Positions 27,078 through 41,153 of a stretch of DNA of 64,000 nucleotides are shown here, piece by piece. The stretch's first letter is position 1; each line of letters begins with the position of its first letter. The DNA comes from the human T2T-CHM13v2.0 reference genome, Homo sapiens, in assembly GCF_009914755.1 (NCBI RefSeq), contig NC_060935.1. One strand, written 5' to 3'. A program made the position numbers and the translations under genes. A model generated the notes under the pieces. That model was given only the letters and a program-made list of their open reading frames with translations, did not search any database and was not told where the DNA came from.

Positions 27078-28519
27078 CTAAAGCACAAAGAAAAAAATTC
27101 ATTGATAAAAGAATCACAGTAGAGTTTCTTTCCACTATTTCTAAACAAATAATTCAGATGGAGCTAATGATTTTTATAGCCAGTACCTCTTTTCTTACAG
27201 AATCCTTTTTCTAAAACATCCATCATAATGATGTAATAGATTCAATACATGAAGCTGATACTTGTATAAGCAAATAATTGCCACATGAAGCCAATTATTT
27301 CCTTGTCTGGAAGTTGGTATAGCTTAAGCCATAGCCCACTTTCTAGCTATGAATAGGAAATACAGGTCCATTTCAATATGACAAATATACCTATTACATT
27401 CTACTTAAAACATAATAAAATCTCATTAACTTACATTCTAACAACTCAGGATTCATCCTAATTTGATTACTTCTCTTATCCTCTTTAAGATAAATGTGAC
27501 TGCAGTCATATTTGTACACATCTTCCTACTCAGATGACATGGAAGCTCACTGACCCTTTTCTTCCTATGCAGTCAGAATCAGCCCTCAATTGACCTCTTT
27601 TTTCCTCAGGGCTGCTTCTCAGTAAAACAGTATTATTTTATTCTTTCTATTCTCTACATCTTATTTCTCCACATTTTACAAGCATTCTAAGTCTGCTTTC
27701 AGACTTAGTGTCATCAAAACCTTAAGCTAAAATTACAGCCTCAGTGAAGTTCATCATTCAATAAAACATGGAATGTTGCTTTTTGTTGTTGTGTAAAAGT
27801 TCAGTGAGACTATAAAAAAGACAATCAAATCAAACGTGGTCAAACTTAATCTCCTAACTCCTGGCTAGTTATGACAGCCCTGTCAGCCCAGTTTCTTCCC
27901 CAACTTCTCCAAATATATAGCACTTTCATTATGTTCTTGTTCTTCTTTTTCTCCATTAAAGTCCGACACACACAAAACTTTATAATTCTCCTCTCTGACC
28001 TCTATTGCCTGTGAATAACTAGTTAACCAGTTTGTAATCAGAACTATACTTAGAAGTGTTATAATTCACTCAAGAATTCTTCTCTCATTCAGATTCTCCA
28101 TTAATGCTGACTGATACTTTCCTCTTACTTGGCCAAATTAGTGACATTCTTTATGTATAAAATTACTAAGAAAAATGTCACAAACAACTTGTGTTTGTAT
28201 AAAAACAAGATATCAAGAGCAAAGACAAAACTTGTGGGGTATTATTTTGCATGCTATAAGCATCTTTATTTGTAAGAGATTAAATATGAAAAATGATTTT
28301 ACTGAAAATTAAATGAGAAACATTCAGTGCATTAAGTGGCTTAACATATTCCAAATATACCCAAGACACTTGGTATCCAAAAGGCCATAGGCTTCTTCAG
28401 TTCTTATGTCCATAAATTATACTTAGCTCTATACACACACAAGGACACATGCCTATTTTGGAAGGGAGAAAGAATAAGTGAGGAAGGTGTTATGTGAACA
28501 TAGGAAAATAAGCACCCAC

Positions 28520-28717
28520 CATTATTGCAATATAGTGCCTGTATGGTAGAGGAAGGGGACCATCCATGCGCAACATGTAAAACTGGCTCCGCAAGAAAGA
28601 CTCCAGGTACTGAGTGTGTAAACTCATGACCTGTGTGATGTTGTCCAGACGACCGGATGTAGAGTATTCTTCCACAAGAAAGTTAGTACGTTCATCCACT
28701 GTGTTTGCTTGGACAAC
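28520..28717 (-). CDS. SESN3: Sestrin-3 coding exon 3 (198 nt, [13 protein letters not shown]...YRHYIAIM)
   Basis: Overlaps ORF 28490..28699(-). Acceptor TATAAG at 28718-28719; donor GTGGGT at 28519. Carries the sestrin motif [18 protein letters not shown]. Confidence 0.97.
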
Positions 28718-30572
28718 CTTATAACCAAAAAAAACAAAACAAAATGACTATTGAGACATAAACACACCCTTGGTTTAAATAAATTATGCCACTATTGAAG
28801 CAAATGAATATTCATTTGATATTAACAGACACTGAAATTATGCAGTTGCTCATACTGGAAACAGAAATAAAAAAAGAAAGCACCATTCATTTTTGGCTCT
28901 GGTACCACAATTTATTAAACAACAAATGTTAAATTATCAAACATTATACACACAGCTATGAATGAAGAAAAGAAGCTTCCATCTGTTTTGCTAGGCATAT
29001 TAGGTAGATTCTTCAGGGTCCATTTGCCTGGCCATTGTCACACCAATGTGTGGTAAAGCACAGGCAGTAGCATCTGATTACATACATTTACAATTTCATC
29101 TCATCAGCCTATGAAGATAAGCACATCATTTTTAGACTAATATTTTCAGTCTAATCCTTTGCTTGCTTTTGTGATTTAACATAAAAAAAACTTTCTGAAG
29201 TCTTTTCAGGAACAAAGGCATATATAATAAATTTTAGAAGTGTTAATTGAAAAATTAATGAGGACACCAGAATACTGTCATTCCTATTTTGAGCCTAACA
29301 ATAATAATTACTAAAAACAAGGCAAGTTATTGAAATGGACATTCTCCATCCTAGGAAATCAAAAGAGTTTTCTCAAAAATAGATTATTTATATATAGCTT
29401 CACACACAATGACAGTTTGGGCATCACACCAAGAACTGGTTCTGAAGGTGTTAAGAGTTTATTAGCACCTTGTAGAAAGACTCAACCCTGTGGGAGTTAA
29501 TGGACATGAGATGCATAATTCTAAGAGTGGTTCATTGTTTATTTGTATTTCAGAATTGGAATTCTAGACTTATTTTAGAGATAAGGAAACAGATTTAAGA
29601 TTAAATTCAAGCTCATGCACTTTATTAATAGCAGAGTCTGGTCTAGAATCCAGATCCCCTAAAGCCCAGACTAATGGTCTTTCCAAACATCCACACTGCT
29701 ATTAAGAAACTGTTTACTCTTCAGAGCTGGCTTCGCAGTCTGAAAAATAAGTACACATTATACAAAGGCACTACTAACTTAGGGAAATTTAATCCCAAAG
29801 GAAACATAATGTTTGAAAAGTATAAATTGTGAGGAAATGTTAACTACAATGGCGTAACTCATTATGGAGCCAAGTATACTTTGATTTGCTCACTTCCCCA
29901 CCATTTTGTCAACTACAGGGACCAAGACAGTTAAAAATATAATGGGATCCAGATGAACCACATATAATTAGAAGTAGAATATTTGTTATTTTTGTTTTGC
30001 TTTCCCAGCATAAGTTTGTTCTAACTGGATGCTTAAGATACATTAATAGATTCATATGATGCAATAGATCCTAAAAACCAGATTATCCTCAAATATATAC
30101 TGTGAAAAATGACTATGCTTCAGGAAGTCTTTATATGTAGTAGGCAACTTAGAGCAGCCCCAGGCTATCTGAGGAAAATAGGCATAAGCAGGATAGCTTC
30201 TCCAGTGCATGGTGCATCGTCCTCACCGAGATCAGCTATTGTCACTGAGCTCCCGAAATGTTACTGTCACTTTGGATCTGCACTTAGGTGGGAAGGTCAC
30301 TAAAAAGGTGATCTGATGATGAAAGAACTGTTGACTCTGGCAATGATCAGGTATTATTCTATTTCTACTAGTCCCTTCTTTTAAGACAATAATTGGCACT
30401 CTGTAAATATTTGTGAAGCTGAAAAGAAAATATCTCCATGGTTTTCTGACATGTGAACAAGAAACTCAAAAGCAAAATTCATTCCTACTTTCATATTAAC
30501 AGGAGATATTCTTTGATACAGTTAAGTTATTTTTAAATCTTACTTTTTATATTTTAAGACAGATAAACTTAC

Positions 30573-30638
30573 TTCCTTCTCTGGAATAAAGGCACTTGGT
30601 CCTCTTGTCAAGGGTTGAGACACTCTGATTCTTTTATC
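30573..30638 (-). CDS. SESN3: Sestrin-3 coding exon 2 (66 nt, [22 protein letters not shown])
   Basis: Acceptor AG at 30639-30640 after a pyrimidine tract; donor GTAAGT starting at 30572. Contains the sestrin N-terminal GPSAFIP motif. Phase 0/0. Confidence 0.96.
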
Positions 30639-31984
30639 CTATTTTTAAAAGAAAAGTTTTATGTATCAATGATGACTTTCTAAGAAATGTTAAATTTGTA
30701 CACATTTATTGCTAAGGTACTAAAATAAAGAGAATAAATAATTAAATTATGTGAGACCAGAGTAAGTGTTGGGTTTCAGATCAAAGAAAACCCATAGGGC
30801 CACTGTATGGATGAGATAATGGGGCAAACACCTACCATAGTGCTAAGTGCAGCACAGCCTCCTCAAAATGTCATATCCCTTAGTCACAGTCTACACCATA
30901 AACTTTAAGCCCACATCTGACATGCCTGAAAACCATTAACCTCCATAATAAAATAGTGTTTTATAGTAGTATACTGTTAGACATCAATTTGAAAACTAAA
31001 TAAAAGGTTAAATTCGAAGAAGATTACATAACAACCCTTCAAAGCAATTACCCAGTCTGCTTTTTTTCCCCTAAAATAGCAATAAGCATATCTAATATGA
31101 AGTTTTGAAACTTTAAGAAAAATGTAAAAATTAGAGAAGGAGAGGTTAGTTCAATATAAAGAATGGGGAATATAGTAATTCTTATTGTTCCACTTGCTAT
31201 TCTATTGGTGGTATTAACAACTGACAGATTGCCAATGGTATGTCTGAATGCTGATTTTTTTTTAAGTTTTTAAAAATTTGTTAACTTTTTTAGATTGAAA
31301 AATATTTTAGTATCCTCATTAAGTGCGATACAAGCCATAAAAATTCGAATCAGAGAATAGGGTCCTTCTTCTCACCCTCCCTTTCTCCCCCCATTACTAG
31401 GTAACCTGAGTCTTTTTTGGTCCTTACAATCAAACAGCCTATCAAACACAAAATAGTTATTTATATCTCTTAAATCCTTTACTTCATTAGGAACCAGTTA
31501 CAAAACAAATTGGTGAAAGTAGGCAGTCAGGCATTTAACACGATTTTTTTGAGAGCCTAATCAGATACTGTGATAGACTTTGAGGATACAGGGTGAGGAA
31601 AACAGATATGCTCTCTGCCCTCATGAGCTGTACACACAATCTTCATCAATTTTGGGAGTTCTATTGAAATAAATATATTAAACAATAATACTCTTAACCT
31701 GGTAAAGTTTCAGAAATAACTTTATATTTCTAGGTTATATTTACAAAATTATGACAAAGGCCTCAATCTCCTGGTCAAGTACACTGGAGGACTGCATGTT
31801 AAGAGGATGAAGTCAGGATTCCAATATTGGTATTTCTTGTCTATGTCAACCAAATCTAGACTTACCCAGAAAGATAATTTAAAGGAAAATAACAGGTTTC
31901 TTCCTTTTGCTAGTCTCCATAAGACATAGAAAAAAAAATTTCGAACACTCTCTGTATAACTCAATGAACTACAAGGTTAAAGTA

Positions 31985-32060
31985 AGCTATGATCGCACCA
32001 CTGCACTCCAGCCCAGGTGACAGAGTGAGACCTCATCTCACAAAACCACCACAACAACAA
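31985..32060 (+). mobile_element. Alu 3' terminal fragment (AluJ-like)
   Basis: gctatgatcgcaccactgcactccagcccaggtgacagagtgagacc. Confidence 0.8.
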
Positions 32061-33714
32061 ACTTAACGAAGTAGTATATGAAAAGCAATTTTCTGGACAA
32101 CTATTCATTTCAAATGAACAAAGCAGCTGGAAAAACTGATTATGAGGAAAAATTATGATTATGAGGTTTGAGGAAAAAAATTTCAACAGGGAGATAAATC
32201 GAAATCTTTAAATAATAAAAAATACATAAAATTTAGAGAACATGTAGGGGGAGCAAAATATAAACTCACGTTAAGATGGACAATGGGATTTTGGAAACAA
32301 AAAATGATTTATTAAATTTGTTGATAAAAATCACAATTTGATACAGTTAGCAACTAAATTTACCTTTAAATGTTTCATATTATTACTTTAAATATTTTCT
32401 GGAACAGGTGAGATTTAAATCTGAAAAAAATATTTTCATTATAAATGGAACTGAAAGGTACTGCATTTAAATGAATATAACATCCCTTAGTGTTTAGCAA
32501 TTGAAAAGAAGCAACTTAAACTCAATTTCATTTGTGTCAACACTGATTTCTTCATTTATTTAGCAAACATTAATTGAGCATCTACAATGTGCTAGGCAGT
32601 GAGGACACAAATAAGAATTAGATTGGCAGAATGCATATAACCAGCTACGGCGTATGACATATACCATCGCAGATGCATACAAAAAGTGATGAAAGAAGAC
32701 ATCATTTTAGCAATTATCATTTACTTAAGTCATTTTCCTACTGTTGAACATTTTAGTTATATACAGTTTTCACTATTATAAGTAATCCTGTGATGAACAC
32801 CTTCATATAAAGAGACTTGGGACATATTTTGTTGTGTTTACGATAGTTTCTTTAGGAAGATTCCCAGAAGTGGACTTACTATGGTTTGGGTTATAAATAT
32901 CTTCAAACTTCTTGTTGCTTACTGCCAATGTGCTAACAAAAATGTCTTACCAATTTTATTTTCATCGGCTGAGAAAATGTCCACTTAACTCACTAATTTC
33001 AAAAGTAAAAAGCAGCATTCAAAAACGTGTTTGAAGCGTTTTATTGTATGCTTCTTTGTAGTAAAAAGTTCTTAAGCAGAGATGTGGATCAGATCTGTGT
33101 TTTTAATAGTGTTGAGGGTGATGTAGACCCTGGGCCTGAGAGGGAAAAATCCCAGCTGGGAAGCTCTGGTGATAGTCCAGGAGAGATAAAATATGGCCCG
33201 ACCTAAAATATTTGTTTATATACCGAACATAAAAGAAAACTAACACAATTTTTAAGTTTTAACATCATGTATTCTTCTTCAATTATATTTTTTAATGTTG
33301 CCATTTTTGAAATGATCAGTCTAGTTTCTGCTTCTGCATAAGGAGAATCTTTTCTGGCAAGGACTCTACTACTGTATTGTCTCAGTTGGCTGCTCTGTCT
33401 ATTCATAGGAAGGTGAAATACAATTTTAAAAATGATCACAGTTCATAAATTCTACTCTAAACACATTTCATTCTGAAAATTTGTTTCCACCCACTTTTCT
33501 ATCTCTGCATGCTTTTAAAGTCAGTAAGATCAAATACAAAAGAAATAGGATAGTACTATATCCAAAAGATTGATTTTTTTTTTTTTAAGATAAGACCATA
33601 AGCTAGAGTTCTGGTCAAATTATAATGCCTTTCCTCCGCCTTTCTTTCAAATCCCAAATGTCCAAGGACCAAGTTCCTACTTCACTCATACTAACTTTTC
33701 TAAAGTCTCTAGAC

Positions 33715-33920
33715 CTACGTTCCCCAACATGGTAAGCATCAGCCACATATGGCTAAATTTAAATGAATTAAAATTAAATAAAGTTAAAAACACAGTTTCT
33801 TAGCCACATTAACCACATTTCAGATGCTCGGCAGCCACATAGGACCACGTGTACTCTACAGGACAGCGCAGACATTTCCATCTTCCACTGCAGACAGTTC
33901 TACCGGACAGTGCTGCTCTG
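33715..33920. mobile_element. MER3 hAT fossil
   Basis: agccacatatggcta...ttaaaattaaataaagttaaaa...cagccacat...ggacagtgctg. Confidence 0.75.
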
Positions 33921-34224
33921 GACTCATTTGGTTTTGCTTTTTTAAAATTGCATTTTCAGACATTTTTATAACTTTTTGAAATGTTAAATGACTGCTCCAC
34001 AGAGTTATTCATTTGATGGTCACACCTACTCAATCCCAGAACCAAGCATTTTAGTGTAATTGCAGAAATGCTCTGAACCAATCAACCTATTTGTCCTATT
34101 TGGGCAAATTAGGAAGAAAAAAAACTATCAGCCAGTTCCAAGGACCCTTGTCTCAATTTCTGCTTACATTACAGTCCCCAGAAAAGTATCAAGGGCACGC
34201 TCACTTTCCTTCCTTCTTTCTTTC

Positions 34225-34430
34225 TTGTGGTAATAAATAAATAACACCCAAGGTTTACCCTTTTAAATTAAGTGTACAACCCCAGTATTGTTAACTATAT
34301 GCATGATGTTGTACAGAGGAGGTCTAGGACTTTTTCTTCTCACATAACTGAAATTTTATTGCCATTGAACAGCAACTCCCATTTCTCCCTACCCCTAGGT
34401 CTAGGAACCACCATTCTACCTTTTGCTTTT
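34225..34430 (-). mobile_element. L1MA-type fragment
   Basis: aagtgtacaacccagtattgttaactatatgca...cataactgaaattttattgccattgaacagcaactccc. Confidence 0.7.
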
Positions 34431-34561
34431 TATGTAAACACAGTCTTTAGATCACAGCTGAGATTCTCCCTATGTAATCCCCTGCTTTCTTACCTCTTTG
34501 CACAAGTCAAATCTACCTCCTTCTGGGCAACTCTCTTCTTTTTGGGCTTCCTTTTCTTTTC

Positions 34562-34702
<141 letters not shown>

Positions 34703-35767
34703 TAACACTTTACCACCCAACCCATTAACTTCTTTGATCATTTACTTTTATGTTTCCTAGATGTTCCTTGCAACTCCTTCCTTATAAATATTATTCTTTC
34801 AAGTCAATGTTCTCTTCTATGGCTACCATATTCTTTACACAAAACAAAATTCTACTCAAATTTGTTATGGTGACTATATTGTAGGGAAGACGATGGAGCA
34901 GATGAAGGAAAAAATAAGGGCACAGGATACGAAAATGAGCAACCCATGCAACTGCCTCCTGAATCTTTTTTATCTAGAGAACTCGCTAGCTCTTCTCCGC
35001 CCTCCAGTCTGGCTTTGGGTATTTTGTGACATAACCTGGATGCAACATTAGCACCTTAAAATCAACATGTTTAAAATGAATCTTCTATCTCAAACCAGCT
35101 GTTCCTCCTCACTTTCCTCTGTAGGTTATAAAATCACCATACATACCAGCAACCCTGGCTCAGATTCACAGTTATCTTGGACTCTTTATCCTAGGGGCCT
35201 GCATTCAAATGGTTGCTAAATCCTGTAACTGTCTTTTACCAACTAAATCTTTAAGTCATCCTTTCCACACCCCCTACTCAGTTGTAAGATTTCTCTCATG
35301 CCAAGAAACCTTTCCCCTCACAAGTGAGAATAATATCAATTCTAGACTGTAGCTTACCCCATTGTTGGGAAGCTTTGAGAAGATACCGCATAAAAATGTA
35401 AAACACACAAAGCATAATATAAAATATTTTTATTTTTCTTCTGCTTATTTTCCTCAATGTCAAAAAAAAAAAAAAAGAACCCAAAACGAAAACAGCTATA
35501 TTTTCTCAACAGATGCTACTTGATTAGAAAAATTCAAGGATTGCTCTATGCTATAAGTGAAAATATGCAGTGGCTGCACTAATTTTGAGGAATAATATTG
35601 CTATGTTTTTCTCTAAGCATTTCAGCTAAAGCTACTATCTTACTTTTGGGAATAAATGAGTTTGATCATTTAGTCAAAGATCTAGTGAATCTTATACAAT
35701 GGCTTTTAAATAATAAATCTTATTTATTTCTGTGAAAAACCAAAACAAGTCCTTGAGTTTCTTTCGC

Positions 35768-35960
35768 TGTCACTAGCCACATGTGCCTATTTAAATTTAA
35801 GCTGATTAACATTAAATAAAGTTAAGAATTTAGAGTTCAATTGTACTAGCCACATGTCAAGTGTTTAACAGCCACATGTGGCTAGTGGATACCATTCAGG
35901 ACAATGCGAATCTAGGCTATTTCTACCATTGCCAAAAGTTCTATGGTATAGTGTTGCTTT
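35768..35960. mobile_element. MER3 hAT fossil
   Basis: cactagccacatgtg...tactagccacatgtcaagtg...cagccacatgtggctagtgg. Confidence 0.75.
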
Positions 35961-38900
35961 GTAATATTGTTCAGCTGCTAGGATAATGCAAAGATATAAA
36001 ATGGCTACAAAATCAGGAATAAACATAGCATAATAAACATGTACTAAAGTACTTTCATAGAAATAAAAGATTGATTTGAATGTTAAAACTGAAAAACCCA
36101 ATAAAACCAACCAATTAATCTTAATAACAGAAAAGTTGAGAGATACCATTCTTCAGAGTCTTAATTTGATGACAACTTTGAAATCACTAACTAAAAAGAA
36201 TGAAAGAAATTATCTAAAATGTTGACTTGAGTTTAAAAAAAGGAATGTAAAAGTACTTAAGAAATTTTAAATAGTAATAACTTTATCGTGATTTGTTTTC
36301 AGAATTAGCTATTTTTCATGAAATCCTATAATTTTAATCAAGAAAAAAACTAGTTATAAAATAGGAACTCACACTTTCTATGTGTCACTTGTATGTGCTC
36401 TAAGAGATTATTTTGTAAGGTTTATAATCTCAAGAATGTTACCATTAGGAAAATTTATTTTTACAGATACCTCATTATAGCTGAAAAAAGTTACGCTTGA
36501 AATTCATCAGTTGAGATTATGCCTATTAAGTAATTATCTGCTGGAAAACAAAACACTGAAAGGATGAGGATGAATTATATTTAGAAAATCACTTATTTTG
36601 ACACTTAACAGCTAAGCAACTTATTAGATCCCTTTAAAGGATATAAATTGATCCCAACAGAAAATTAAGATACTTGTATTTGGAAGTTAGAAACTCTTAA
36701 AATTGTGAGTCTTTAGGAGTAATCAGCAAATTACTTGCCCCTAAAAAGACTGACTTCCAAAGAAAATTAATTGCAGCACTTTAAGCTATTAAATGCTTTA
36801 AAATAAATTATTAAAATTAATTTTCACTTATTTTTCAGTGTATTTTATTAAAAGTGGAAAAGCAAAATCATACATTTCTATCCACTAAAATGTAAATGTT
36901 GCTTATAATTTATCTCTGTAGGGGAGCAAAATGTGTAATTAATTTACATAGAAATACTTAAGGATCTTTTTTTTAAGGAAAATCTGTTCAACATATAAAA
37001 CATTCTGGTAAAGTAAAATTTAACTCCACAGAGAACACTAACCCCACAATTTTTAAAGATATCCTTAGAAGATAATTTAATGGTGCCAACATTCTTTTTT
37101 AAATACACTACAATGACAAAATGTCTTAAATACAAAACACATGCCCCAAACAAAATTTTTAGGTACGAATGTAAGAAAGCCAATTGAAATGGTCTATACA
37201 AATAGTAAATTCAGTTTTTGACCCTCCTTTTATTGTTATAGATGTTCCATTTTGGCAGAAACACTGCAACAACAACAACGACAAAAAAGTAGGTATAAAC
37301 AGGCAGCTCTATGCTATGAAATAATGCTGATGTAACCCTAGATGAGAAAACAACAGGTTTTAAATGAATTATAACGGATTGGTACTTTTACAGTAAACTT
37401 AACTTTAAAGGCCAGTCACTAACTGGAACATAAATTCAGTTCCCACTATCTCTAAAAGAAAAATCCAAGAGATAATTTTTAAAAATGTGACTTCTATACC
37501 ATATTAAAATATGTATTGATGTTCACCAGATTATAATAACTGAGATCCAAGATTATTCCATAAGAAAAGATCTAAAAGCAGAAAATGGCAATGGCACCAG
37601 GGGTGAGAATGTTTTAAATTACACCAGCATCTCTTCTCTTACTTGAAGCTAGAGTGGTTCAAGGAACCACTGAGGATCAGAAGCCCAGCAGATATTACAG
37701 GGGTGTCAGAAATTCACTGACACTCCAAAGAGCACTCAAAATTCTCCTTCATAATGGGGAATCTCATCTAATCCTAAGGGCCTGAGACTTTAAGAGTGAA
37801 CTCCTTTTAACTGAGCTATTAAAACCAAGGCTATCAAGTCCTTCCTGCAACAGTTTTACCTCTGGATAGAGTCATTTGAGGAACATAGGAAAGATCTTGT
37901 TACTAATAGTGTGAAATCTAGCCTTCTTCAACAATACATATGAAATTCGATTTTTAACTTGAATTCTCAAAACATTTCCACTCAAAAGTACTAGAGTTAT
38001 CAACTGTATTATAGCAATTTCTTTACCTCCTCTCTCTCTACTGAATCATCAGTTCTTTGTAGGGCGGTCGGTCAGTACCTTGTTCATCTTTGACTACTTC
38101 AACCTTAGAATGGTGTACATGTGAGGTAAACTTCTGGTCTAGTTTTTACAGCTTTATGTAATAGTGGTCATTTGCATAGTAGTATGTTTTTCTATTTCAC
38201 TTTTCCAAAAGAATGAGTTCTAAGAAATAATATGAGATATTATGATTAAGTAACTTTCATAAAAAAAAAATCTTGGTGTGCCATTTGGTAAGAACCATTA
38301 CATAAATTTTACTTGTTTTACTAACTGTGAGCCCAAAGCTACACAAGCTCACCTAGTGAGTACTCTGGAAATGGCAGCCATGAGTACTGCTATTATTAGT
38401 GGAAACTGGCAGTAGTACTCATTGTAGTAGAAGCAGTTAAGTATTTAAAGATGAATGGATTCATTCCAGCACTGAAAGAATTGGAAGAATGAATGAAGAA
38501 TTAAAAACGTATATCCACATAGCAAAGGGCAGCTAATGAGTTTAATTTGCAGTGCAGTATAACTGAGCTTCCAAATAAGCTTTTGCTTGGCCAGTAACAA
38601 AATCCCTTAATTTTTACTCATTAGAACACATAGTGAACTTGTTCTAAGTGCAAACAAGTTGTTATATTTATACATTGACTATGGAGTGACAAGCTTCTAA
38701 AAACAAAAGGACCACTTCAAGGTAGCTCTAGAACCCTGTATGACCCCAGAATTATACAAATCTACAAAGGTGGAAATAATTAAGAACAAATGCTATAGGA
38801 CAGTCTTTAAGCTACACCATTAGCACTATACTACTAGTTAGTCCTTTAAACTGGAAATAAATCTAAAATCACATTCATGTCCAGTGTCACCCAGAGGCAA

Positions 38901-40889
38901 GTGACAAAGAACACACTTTTTCCACTTTCCATGTAATGCCACAGAGTGATGTAAATCAAAGCTACAGTCACCTGTAAAGTTAAAAGGTAATTGGTAGTTT
39001 TAAAATGACTTGTCTTTTCTGTGCTCTGTGGAAATTAGATATATTTGAACCAGTGTATTCCTGAGGATCTGCCTTCCCTTTTTCTCTCTATTGAAATGCT
39101 ATCCATACTTCCCTTAAGCCCTGTCTCAAATACCAACTCCTTTGGTCTTCCTTCTCTCCTGCCAACTCCCAAGGTTTCCTATGAAAGCTTTAAATTTATA
39201 TTTCTTAAGGTTCAGTTATATTGTTTCTCTCTCTTATAGCTATTAACATATATCATTATCTTATTGCTCCTTTCAGACTATAAGCTCCTTAAAGAGTAGA
39301 ATCAATTTCTAACACAATATCTGTAGCATTACAGCTCAGCAAAGTGAAAATAATAGATTCTCATATATTTTTTGAATTGAATTAAGGAGATAGGAGTCTG
39401 GCTGTAGGCTCTTTCATCCATTTCTCCTCCTTGAACAGAACAAGAACATCCTGTGGATTTAAGGAAATTAATGTTCTCTGTATTCTTATTAGAAATACCA
39501 ATAAGTTAAACCAATATATAAAACACAGTCCTAAACATCAATCTACTTACTGTCTTCCATGTGCCCTCTGGATGCCTATTTGTTTATTTTCTTAGTTATT
39601 AAAACAAACAGTATCTATAATTTCCCATAATTTGTACCACTTTCTTAAAAATCAGTAATATTCCATGCTGTGACACTAATCTTGGGCAACAAAGCCTCCT
39701 GTATAAGCTTTTAAGTGTTGAACACTTTTTATAGAGCTATAGAGATACAAAATATAGCTGTTGAATATGCTAGTAAAATTTTGAGCTATAGCACAAGAAA
39801 ATGAGGAGAGAACTATAAATCTTAGTAGCTGAGATAATGCAAGTCCATAATAAGCACTTAACTATTGCTTCCTTAGTAACATAAAGACAATATGCTTTTC
39901 TACCACTAATTATAAGATCTGGTCCCAAAAAAGTATTAAGAAGGTCTTTACTTCTATATGAATAATTGTTTAAAAGTTTCTGTATTGTGTAACAATAAAA
40001 CTTCACCTTGAATTTTAGAAAGCTTTACCTATTAAAATAATGTCTCAATTAGATGAAAAGAAACTAAAATTGGAAGTTTTAGAAAGTAAAATTCCCATTA
40101 GAGACAATTATATAACATTCTAATATTACTCAGTCGATGGTTGATAGTTACTAGTACTTTTGGAGAAACAAAAATATGCTGTGAATGTAGTTATCTTGGT
40201 GTATGAGGGACAAGTGGAGTTTTAAATCAAGCTTCCATATTCAGCATCTACCAGCTTGACTATAGTATTATAAAATCAAAAGGCTTTAGGTTATTCCAAT
40301 GGAACAGAATGACAGGATGGTTTTCAGATTTTTCAAAACACAATGATAAAATACAAGTCACTTACTCAGCTTAGAGGAATCAGGGAAATATATTAAATGC
40401 ATTTGATTTCTAGAGATTTACAAAACAAATTATAAGCATTTAGCCATATGGAAACCAGTACTTCTTTACGCACTGAGTCAGAAATAAGAACTCATGTTCT
40501 CATTTAAATTGAGAAAGTACCTTTCACACAGCCCCCCAGGATCACAACTGTGTAAATTCAAGTATATTTGATTTTATTTTGAATTACATTAAACTTCAGT
40601 TGTAATAAAACTTAAAAGAACAGAAGTCTTTATTCCTAGTTTTGAAAGGAGCAGTCACATTTTCATTTTTACCTGGAATAGAATGAACAGATCTGATCTG
40701 TATAGTAAATGCATGAAGACATCATTTCTGCTTTATTTTGTCAATCCTCAAGTCTATAAGCAGAAAACTACAAGATTGTGCTTTAATGTACACAGGTAAA
40801 CTTAAAACCTACTGTAATCAGAATTAAAACCATTCTTATGCTCATTTAAGTAAACAGTTCACAAACGTCTTGATGTCAGGACCTCTTTA

Positions 40890-41153
40890 TAGTCTTAAAA
40901 ATTATTGACCCCTCTGCTTCTGGGCAAGGAGTGGTTTGCTGGTGTGGACATCTGTGTCTATGTGAAAAGTAGTGGTCATGTGGCTCAGATTTGTGCTATC
41001 CAGCAGTATGTCTCCAAATCCCTGGTAGCCTATTGCCAGAAATACGTAAATGAGGCTTCTAAGAAGCAGATCAAAGACATCCTCATCCAGTACGACTGGA
41101 TCCTGCTGATAGCTGACCCCCTTGCTGCAAATTCAAAAAGTTAGGAGGCACTG
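40890..41153 (+). pseudogene. RPS16: RPS16 (40S ribosomal protein S16) processed pseudogene fragment, antisense to SESN3
   Basis: ORF 40905..41144 ([69 protein letters not shown]) matches RPS16 [69 protein letters not shown]. Arg codons have decayed by CpG transitions, there is a -1 frameshift near 41120, and no start codon. Confidence 0.93.

Noticed and set aside
28801-28818. Perfect 18-bp palindrome CAAATGAATATTCATTTG upstream of exon 3
   Set aside because: AT-rich 9-bp arms; roughly one is expected by chance in 64 kb of this composition.
30314-30422. C/D-box-like motifs (TGATGA...CTGA)
   Set aside because: Antisense to the host gene, no terminal stem and no recognisable rRNA guide.
40905-41144. 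79-aa ORF as a functional ribosomal protein S16 paralogue
   Set aside because: TTG start, partial coverage, CpG-decay substitutions at conserved Arg residues and a frameshift: pseudogene.
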